From assembly GCA_965369655.1 (NCBI GenBank), contig CBDUQR010000066.1, forward strand, positions 1 through 10,131: DNA of 10,131 bases, read 5' to 3'. Made by a program: the position numbers and the translations under genes. Of the stretch, positions 1 through 6,362 are shown one piece after another. The stretch is from an uncultured bacterium (GTDB lineage: Bacteria > Zixibacteria > MSB-5A5 > JAABVY01 > JAHJOQ01). A model generated the notes under the pieces. That model saw only the letters and a program-made list of their open reading frames with translations, was not told the origin of the DNA and searched no databases. Position 1 is the first letter of the stretch. Every line of letters starts with the position of its first letter.

Positions 1-257
1 ATTCTGAGGAAGAATGGACAATGGCAGAGCTTTGTCGCCACTTCGACATCAGCCGGAAGACGGGCTACAAGATTGTAAAACGGTTTCAGCGGGATGGTTT
101 AAGCGGTTTGGAAGATCGTTCACGAGCGCCACATCATCATCCCAACGCGGTGTCTGAGCTGGTTGAGGGTGCGGTTATCGCGGCCCGCCATGCCCATCCG
201 AGGTGGGGACCTAAAAAGCTAAAGGTCTGGTTGCACCGTCGGGAACGAGATTCTTGA
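1..257 (+). mobile_element. IS481-family transposase N-terminal fragment (HTH region only); begins upstream of the window and is truncated before the DDE domain
   Basis: The frame is open from position 3 (SEEEWT-MAELCRHFDISRKTGYK...GLEDRSRAPHHHP...HPRWGPKKL), so ATG 21 is probably internal. These motifs are typical of IS481 transposase N-termini. The frame stops at 255-257 with no integrase core and no recognisable right inverted repeat. Confidence 0.85.
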
Positions 258-1122
258 ACGGTTTCCCGATAACCTGTCAGCTAAGAACATTCTCATTTCT
301 ACTTATGAGATCAGACATGAATTCGACAAGGCACGAAGGGTATTGGAACTGATCAAAGAGCATCATTCTGATGACAAGTATGCCATGATCAACTACTATG
401 GGTCTTTGGCCAACCTGACATTCTGGGAGGGAGAGTTCCGCGCAGGAATGGATTACAGGTTTGATGCCCTCAGTATCGCGAAAACGACCGGTGACAGTTC
501 CCAGATAAATGGTAATTACAACTCAATAGCCCGTTATTACAGAAGATTTGGCGAATTCGACAGCGCTCTCGTCTATAGCAAAGAGGCGTTCAAATGGGCG
601 ACGGGATTCAATCCTATGCTGAGTCACTCACTAATGCTGATCAAGCTTGATACGGCAAATGCGTCGGAGGCTCGTAAGATAATGGAAGCGGGAACCAAGG
701 ATTTCCGAGATAAAGTCCCGGCAGAACTCTGGCATATCGTTGACAATCTTGAGCGAGTCTTCGAGGGATATTGTAGGGCTGACACAAGTTTTGTGATCGA
801 GGCTCTCCAGAAGTTTCTCGATGAATCGGACAACAAGAGTTCGAGTGATATACTCGAACTCGGCATATTACTGATCGAAAAAGGTCGTTTCCTCGAAGGT
901 AAAAAAGCGCTTGAAAAACTCCTGACGGGTGAGTACGAAACACCGAATGCTTTCCGACAATTGCTGGATGCTTACTATCTCGGTCGCGCCTGCGAGGGGC
1001 TTGGAGAGATTCAGGAGGCGAAATCGTATTATGAGACTGTCCTGGAATACTGGGGAGATGCCGATATTCAATTGAAGGAAATTGTTGATATGAAACGAAG
1101 ACTCAGATTGCTGACGAGTTGA
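241..1122 (+). pseudogene. 5'-truncated tetratricopeptide-repeat (TPR) protein, probably the C-terminal part of a larger protein such as a Ser/Thr kinase-TPR protein
   Basis: The frame of ORF 343..1122 is open back to TAA at 220-222. From 241 it reads GNEILERFPDNLSAKNILISTYEIRHEFDKARRVL, which is TPR-like, so TTG 343 is likely internal. It contains TPR-like helices (LGILLIEKGRFLEGKKALEK; YYLGRACEGLGEIQEAKSYYE). The C-terminus YWGDAD..EIVDMKRRL resembles the ends of kinase-TPR proteins (inference). Confidence 0.7.
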
Positions 1123-1159
1123 ATCTCGCCATGCTTTTCTATCAGGAGATACAAGATCA

Positions 1160-1199
1160 GGGTCATCTTCCTAACACATTCCTAACAAACACTGAACAT
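1160..1199 (+). promoter_or_regulatory. Pho-box-like array upstream of phoB (probable autoregulation)
   Basis: Hexamers at exact 11-bp period: GGGTCA (1160), CTAACA (1171), CTAACA (1182), TGAACA (1193). Tandem 11-bp direct repeats are the known binding mode of PhoB/PhoP. Confidence 0.7.
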
Positions 1200-1263
1200 T
1201 ATCTTCTTGTTTTCCACTCTACATACATGCTAAATGCATCTAAACTCCGTATGGTGGTAGATC

Positions 1264-1956
1264 ATGACACATCGGTCAGTTCTCATAGTGGAAGATGAAG
1301 CGGATATTCTGAATCTGCTGCAGTATAATCTCGAAAAGGATGGATTCAGGGTGATACCTGCCGAATCCGGAGAGAAGGGACTTCAGTTCGCGCGCTCGGA
1401 GTCGCCCGACCTGATCCTTCTTGACCTGATGCTGCCCGGAATCGATGGTCTGGAGATGTGTAGAATTCTCAAGGCCGATCGGAAGACAAGCAGCATACCG
1501 ATCGTGATGCTCACCGCTAAAGGCGAAGAAACAGACATCGTAGCCGGCCTTGAGCTTGGCGCCGACGACTACATAACAAAGCCGTTTTCTCCGCAAGTAC
1601 TTATCGCGCGGATAAGAGCCGTGATGCGGCGGCGGTCATCCCGTCCCGCGTCCGGTACAGAACCGATCCGGCTGCACGAGATCGAAATTCATCCCGGAAA
1701 GCGATCTGTCACTGTCGACGGCAGACAGGTGGATTTCACTCCGACCGAGTTCGAGATAATCTACTTCCTCGCAACACATCCCGGCTGGGTGTTTACGCGC
1801 TATCAGATTGTCGATGCCATCCGGGATGAAATATCAGTTGTGACGGACAGATCAGTCGATGTGCAAATCGTCGGTATCAGGAAAAAGCTGGGCGAACTTG
1901 GCGAGGTCATAGAAACTGTCAGGGGCGTGGGCTATCGAATGAAAGAGGAACGATGA
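1264..1956 (+). CDS. phoB: OmpR/PhoB-family response regulator of the phosphate regulon
   Basis: Receiver domain (VLIVEDE, DLILLDLMLP, MLTAK, GADDYITKPF) followed by a winged-helix domain (TPTEF, DRSVDVQI, IETVRGVGY). GGTGG lies upstream. It is adjacent to phoR and the pst genes. Confidence 0.92.
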   Translation: MTHRSVLIVEDEADILNLLQYNLEKDGFRVIPAESGEKGLQFARSESPDLILLDLMLPGIDGLEMCRILKADRKTSSIPIVMLTAKGEETDIVAGLELGADDYITKPFSPQVLIARIRAVMRRRSSRPASGTEPIRLHEIEIHPGKRSVTVDGRQVDFTPTEFEIIYFLATHPGWVFTRYQIVDAIRDEISVVTDRSVDVQIVGIRKKLGELGEVIETVRGVGYRMKEER

Positions 1957-3737
1957 CTCGAAGGCGTATGCTCTGGCAGCTTTATCCTTCCTACCTGCTG
2001 ATTACGATCATCGCTGTTGTTGCGATCGCATGGTACTCATCGAGTGAACTCCGCGATTTCTACGTGGAAAACATCGCAGAAAGTCTGGAATCGAGAGCAA
2101 GCCTCGTTGAAGCGCAAGTCGAACAGTTCGTTCAATCCGGGCAGTACGACGTTGTAGACAGCCTGTGTGACAGGCTTGGGAGAAGCAACTCGACGAGAGT
2201 GACAGTGATACTTCCGTCCGGCAGGGTGATCGGAGATTCCGAGAAGGATCCGTCGATCATGGAGAACCATTCCGACAGACCGGAGATTGCCAGGGCGCTC
2301 AGTGGACAGGTTGGACTCTCAACCAGGTACAGCACGACGCTGACGGCTACGCTGATGTATGTCGCGATCCCGATCGAGATCGACAATCAGATTGCGGGCG
2401 TCGTCAGGACATCCATACCGATAACGTCTGTTGAGCTGGCTCTCGATGAAATCAGGATGAAGATCGCTTTCGCGGGCGTGGCTGTAGCGATCATTGCGGC
2501 GCTGGTCAGTCTGTATGTCGCCAGAAGGATAAGCCATCCGCTCGAGCGCCTGAAAGACGCGGCGGACCGTTTCGCAGAAGGGCATCTTCGTCGGCGGATC
2601 GCTGTGAAAGGATCGAATGAAATCGCGAGCCTTGCAGATGCAATGAACAAAATGGCTGCCGAGCTTGACGGCAGGATGAATACGATCACGAAGCAGAGCA
2701 GAGACAAAGAAGCGATTCTGTCGAGTATGCTCGAGGGTGTTCTCGCAGTTGATGCCGACGAACGCGTCATCGAGATAAACGATGCCGCCGTCACGCTCCT
2801 GGATCTGCGGGATGTCGAGGTGCGAGGCAGGAGCATTCACGAGATGATGCGTAATGCGGAACTGCAGAGACTCGTCACCGATACGCTTGCATCGGAAAAG
2901 GATCAGACAGTTGAAACCACCCTGCGAAACAACGGTCATCTGCATGTTCTGGGCCGCGGCACTGTATTGACCGATGAAGACGGTAGTCGTATCGGTGCGC
3001 TGATTGTGCTCAACGACATCACTCGCCTGAAGAAACTCGAGATCGTCAGGAAAGATTTCGTAGCCAATGTCTCTCATGAACTCAGGACTCCGATCACGTC
3101 GGTCAAAGGTTATGTTGAGACTCTGCTTGATGGCGACCTTCGTGATTCTGATGAAACGAGGCGATTCCTTGAAATCATCGCTAAGCAGGCCGACAGGCTC
3201 GATTCACTCGTCGAGGATCTGCTGAATCTGTCGCGCCTCGATGAGCAGGCCGATCAGACCGGCATGTCCATGGAGACGACCAGAATCCGTGAAATGCTCG
3301 CCAGCAGTGTGCAGGCATGCGAAAGCATAGCGGCTTCAAAGAGTATCGCGATTCAGCTCGAATGCGACGAAAACCTCTCTGCGACATTCAATCGGACATT
3401 GATGGAACAGGCGGTCATCAACCTGATCGACAATGCGGTTAAATACAGCAGTAGGGGCGATAGTGTGCGTGTCTCGGCTGAGGAGAGTGGCGATGCGATT
3501 ACGATCTCGGTAGCGGATACCGGCGTCGGAATCGAGGAGAAGCATCTCGACAGAGTCTTCGAGAGGTTCTATTGCATTGACAGGACGCGCAGCCGTGAAC
3601 TTGGCGGGACCGGGCTGGGGCTGTCGATTGTCAAGCATACCGCTCTGATTCACAACGGCAGTGTGAGGGTCGACAGCAAACTGGGCAGTGGAAGCATATT
3701 CCGTATCCAGATACCGCTCAGACAGGCTGATGCCTGA
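1953..3737 (+). CDS. phoR: Phosphate regulon sensor histidine kinase (TM-extracytoplasmic domain-TM-HAMP-PAS-HisKA-HATPase)
   Basis: ATGA overlap with phoB. Two hydrophobic segments flank a domain containing MENHSDRPE. Also present: HAMP, PAS (ILSSMLEGVLAVD), H-box RKDFVANVSHELRTP, N-box NLIDNAVKY, and G-boxes DTGVGI and GGTGLGLSIVKH. Confidence 0.92.
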   Translation: MTRRRMLWQLYPSYLLITIIAVVAIAWYSSSELRDFYVENIAESLESRASLVEAQVEQFVQSGQYDVVDSLCDRLGRSNSTRVTVILPSGRVIGDSEKDPSIMENHSDRPEIARALSGQVGLSTRYSTTLTATLMYVAIPIEIDNQIAGVVRTSIPITSVELALDEIRMKIAFAGVAVAIIAALVSLYVARRISHPLERLKDAADRFAEGHLRRRIAVKGSNEIASLADAMNKMAAELDGRMNTITKQSRDKEAILSSMLEGVLAVDADERVIEINDAAVTLLDLRDVEVRGRSIHEMMRNAELQRLVTDTLASEKDQTVETTLRNNGHLHVLGRGTVLTDEDGSRIGALIVLNDITRLKKLEIVRKDFVANVSHELRTPITSVKGYVETLLDGDLRDSDETRRFLEIIAKQADRLDSLVEDLLNLSRLDEQADQTGMSMETTRIREMLASSVQACESIAASKSIAIQLECDENLSATFNRTLMEQAVINLIDNAVKYSSRGDSVRVSAEESGDAITISVADTGVGIEEKHLDRVFERFYCIDRTRSRELGGTGLGLSIVKHTALIHNGSVRVDSKLGSGSIFRIQIPLRQADA

Positions 3738-3745
3738 CCTGCGTG

Positions 3746-3785
3746 AATACACACCTTTAACACAACCCTAATCGAATTCTAACAA
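3746..3785 (+). promoter_or_regulatory. Pho-box-like array upstream of the porin-pst-phoU unit
   Basis: Hexamers at exact 11-bp period: AATACA (3746), TTAACA (3757), CTAATC (3768), CTAACA (3779). This is the same motif as upstream of phoB. Confidence 0.72.
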
Positions 3786-3856
3786 TTCAGTCGTTCAATG
3801 TACGCGATACGCAGTTCGGAATACGAGTGTGGAGGGAAAGGAACGTGGAGAGAAGA

Positions 3857-4996
3857 ATGAAACATTGCGAATCGAATCAGAGACCATGTCCCAAGTTACC
3901 AGCCTGGACTAAGTATGCGGCGACTGCATGCATGCTGCTCATCTTTTGTCAGTCGGCGGTTGCGGGCGAGTGGTGGGAGAATATCAGGTTCAACGGCGAT
4001 TTGAGGTATCGTCACGAGTTGATCGATGCGGAAGGCAAACCTGATCGCAGCCGGCATCGCATCCGTGCGAGGCTCGGCATGTATGGAAAAGTGAATGAGA
4101 ATATGACCGTAGGAATTCAACTCGCTACCGGCTCTGACGATCCTGTCTCGACCAACCAGACTATCGGAGATGGCTTTTCGAGCAAGAATGTCGTGCTCGA
4201 TCTTGCGTATTTCGAGGCAAAGCATGACGCGCTTCCCGGTATGAAACTAACCGCAGGAAAGATCAGGAATCCGTTCTACAAGCCGGGCAAATCTGAGTTG
4301 ATTTGGGATTCCGACTGGAATCCCGAGGGTGGCGTCGTCGAATTCTCCAGAGACCATGAGGATATCACTGTCACGCTGATTGGCGCTGGTCTGTATGTCA
4401 AAGAACGGAAGACCGCTGAGGACTCATACATCGTCGCCGGTCAGGGTGTGCTGAAATTCAACATAGATGAAAAGCAAACAAGCGTGTCAGCAGGCGCAGG
4501 ATTCTTTGGGTATGTAAACGCCGAAGGCTACGAGCCCTTCTTCGACTCGGATGATCCATCCGGCAACAGTGTCGATACGCTCGGCCATTACGCAAACGGC
4601 TATGATTTGATCGAACTGTTCGCCGAGGCGACACATCATCTGAATGATATTCCTGTCACAGTCATGGCCGATTATGTGACGAACATGTCGGCTGACAGCC
4701 TCAACACTGGATGGCTTCTCGGCTTGCGGGTCGGTAAAACGAAAAACCCTGGCTCATGGTCGTTCAGGTACATCTACCGCGAGGTCGAAAGGGATGCTGT
4801 TCTCGGTACGTTCACCGATTCCGATTTCCGGGGTGGCGGCACCGATGGCCGAGGCCACGAGATAGGCGGCGCGATTCAGTTGATGAAAAACGCGGCGTTC
4901 AATGCAAGGTACTTCGTCAATGAGATTGGACTCGAAGAACAGGAACAAAAAGGCTTCAACAGGTTGCAGTTGGATCTGCAGCTCAAATTCAAGTAG
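3857..4996 (+). CDS. Putative outer-membrane beta-barrel porin (Porin_5 / 'putative porin'-like)
   Basis: ATG 3857 has GGAG at 3847-3850 and is preferred over GTG 3827. A signal peptide ends ...CQSAVA. Motifs GDLRYRHE, RHRIRARLG, DPVSTNQT, LDLAY, LIWDSDWNPEG and TDSDFRGGGTD are present, along with amphipathic beta-strands and a C-terminal strand LQLDLQLKF(K). Confidence 0.78.
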   Translation: MKHCESNQRPCPKLPAWTKYAATACMLLIFCQSAVAGEWWENIRFNGDLRYRHELIDAEGKPDRSRHRIRARLGMYGKVNENMTVGIQLATGSDDPVSTNQTIGDGFSSKNVVLDLAYFEAKHDALPGMKLTAGKIRNPFYKPGKSELIWDSDWNPEGGVVEFSRDHEDITVTLIGAGLYVKERKTAEDSYIVAGQGVLKFNIDEKQTSVSAGAGFFGYVNAEGYEPFFDSDDPSGNSVDTLGHYANGYDLIELFAEATHHLNDIPVTVMADYVTNMSADSLNTGWLLGLRVGKTKNPGSWSFRYIYREVERDAVLGTFTDSDFRGGGTDGRGHEIGGAIQLMKNAAFNARYFVNEIGLEEQEQKGFNRLQLDLQLKFK

Positions 4997-5050
4997 GCTG
5001 ATTGACCGATAACGTTCGGTTCCTGAACAGGAACAAGGGAAGTTGACATT

Positions 5051-5902
5051 ATGAAAAAACTCATTCTTGCAGCAGTCACGGTTCTGATGATCGCAGGGAT
5101 TGTCTCCGCACGCAACACGATCACAATCAAGGGTTCTGACACCCTCGTACGCCTTGGCCAGAGATGGGCTGAGGAATACATGAAGGAGCATAAGGATGTC
5201 GTGATCCAGGTATCCGGCGGCGGATCCGGCACCGGCATCGCCGCTTTGCTGAACGGTACCACAGATGTCTGTGAAGCTTCTCGCGACATGAAAGATAAGG
5301 AATACAAGCTCGCCGCGAAGAAGGGGATCACGCCTCATCGTGTATCGGTTGCGCTCGATGGCATAGCCGTGTTCCTTCATGCCGAAAACCCGGTTGCAGA
5401 ACTCTCATTTGCGCAGCTGAAAGGTATGTACACCGGCCAGATCACCAACTGGAAAGAGGTCGGCGGGCATGACTCAAGGATCATTCTTTACGGTCGCGAG
5501 AACAACTCCGGCACGTATACATTTTTCAAAGAGCAGGTACTCGATGGCGAAGACTACGCCGACTTCACACAGACTCTTCCGGGAACCGCGGCGGTTGTGA
5601 ATGCTGTGTCGAAAGACAAGAACGGTGTTGGCTATGGCGGAATTGCCTGGGCGAAGTCGGTCAAGTTCGCGAAAGTCAAAGTTGATGCCAAGTCACCGGC
5701 AGTTGAGCCGACAGTCGCGACCGTTTCGGATGGCAGCTATCCTATATCGCGCGAGCTCTACTGGTTCTTCAATGGCAAGCCGACCGGCGAGTTGAAAAAA
5801 CTTATCAATTGGGCGCTCTCGCCGAAAGGCCAGAAATTAGCGGAAAGTATCGACTATGTCCCTCTCTCTAAAGAGATGGCCGAAAAGAACATGATCAAGT
5901 AG
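5051..5902 (+). CDS. pstS: Phosphate ABC transporter substrate-binding protein
   Basis: SPI-type signal peptide (MKKLILAAVTVLMIAGIVSA, no lipobox Cys). Motifs ITIKGSDT, VSGGGSGTGIAAL, ASR, GRENNSGT and YPISRELY are present. Confidence 0.95.
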   Translation: MKKLILAAVTVLMIAGIVSARNTITIKGSDTLVRLGQRWAEEYMKEHKDVVIQVSGGGSGTGIAALLNGTTDVCEASRDMKDKEYKLAAKKGITPHRVSVALDGIAVFLHAENPVAELSFAQLKGMYTGQITNWKEVGGHDSRIILYGRENNSGTYTFFKEQVLDGEDYADFTQTLPGTAAVVNAVSKDKNGVGYGGIAWAKSVKFAKVKVDAKSPAVEPTVATVSDGSYPISRELYWFFNGKPTGELKKLINWALSPKGQKLAESIDYVPLSKEMAEKNMIK

Positions 5903-5949
5903 GAATCGGGTTTGTTGCAAGAAGTCAGCGACTTGAAATGTTCTCCGTT

Positions 5950-6062
5950 GTGTCAGGTCTTGATACCGTGTAAGCGGTATTGTGACCTGACACGTAAGCG
6001 TATACCAGACTTGAGCGGCAGGTCACATGAATCTGACGGCGCGGATTCACAAAACCTACTGC
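5950..6062. repeat. Doublet of related REP-like palindromes in opposite orientation (REPIN-like)
   Basis: Unit 1 (5950-5993): GTGTCAGGTC pairs with GACCTGACAC (10 bp perfect), with inner stem ATACCG/CGGTAT. Unit 2 (6015-6062): GCGGCAGGT pairs imperfectly with ACCTACTGC, with inner stem TGAATCTG/CGGATTCA. TGTGACCTG (5981-5989) is the exact reverse complement of CAGGTCACA (6019-6027). Confidence 0.8.
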
Positions 6063-6090
6063 AACGATGTAGGCAATGATCGCAACGTAC

Positions 6091-6311
6091 CGTCATTGCG
6101 AGCGACTGCAGGAAGCGTGGTAATCTCACGCATACCAGCCAGTTACGAGCCCTCGTCATTCCCGCGAAGGCGGGAATCCAGAACCAGATTCAGGATGCGC
6201 ATATGTCAGGGACTCAAAAATACTCGACTGGACTCCTGCCTCCGCAGGGTGACGTGCGCATACAAGGGCGATGTGAGATGATCGCCACGTCGCTCCGCTC
6301 CTCGCGATGAC
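6091..6311. repeat. Outer inverted pair of CGTC-tagged palindromic repeats (GTCATTGCGAG type)
   Basis: Left arm 6091-6129 CGTCATTGCGAG...CGTGGTAATCTCAC. Right arm 6273-6311 GTGAGATGATCGCCACG...CTCGCGATGAC. Complementary blocks are GTCATTGCGAG/CTCGCGATGAC (10/11), CGTGG/CCACG and ATCTCAC/GTGAGAT. Confidence 0.8.
6154..6254. repeat. Inner inverted pair of CGTC-tagged, dRS3-like palindromic repeats
   Basis: Left arm 6154-6181 CGTCATTCCCGCGAAGGCGGGAATCCAG contains ATTCCC-N8-GGGAAT (6158-6177). Right arm 6228-6254 CTGGACTCCTGCCTCCGCAGGGTGACG is a diverged reverse-complement copy. Confidence 0.85.
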
Positions 6312-6362
6312 TTTAGTGCTGCGGGGTGACGAACGCGACTCAACATTGACAGGTAGATACAA

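Noticed and set aside
3827..3856. GTG 3827 as the porin start
   Set aside because: It has no Shine-Dalgarno and would lengthen an already long signal n-region. ATG 3857 has a well-spaced GGAG.
5001..5050. Pho box or -35 element (TGAACA, TTGACA) directly upstream of pstS; similar hexamers at 6340-6351 and 9991
   Set aside because: These are isolated hexamers without 11-bp phasing, and TTGACA is too close to the start codons to be a -35 element.
6129..6263. CGCATA recurring at 6129, 6198 and 6257 as a possible target-site duplication
   Set aside because: The copies do not sit flush on both sides of the inner element, and one lies inside its spacer. Too short to separate from chance.
5903..6362. 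CRISPR array, riboswitch or tRNA in the pstS-pstC gap
   Set aside because: There are no regularly spaced identical direct repeats and no cas genes. The hairpins are inverted pairs of different types, and I recognise no tRNA or riboswitch consensus.
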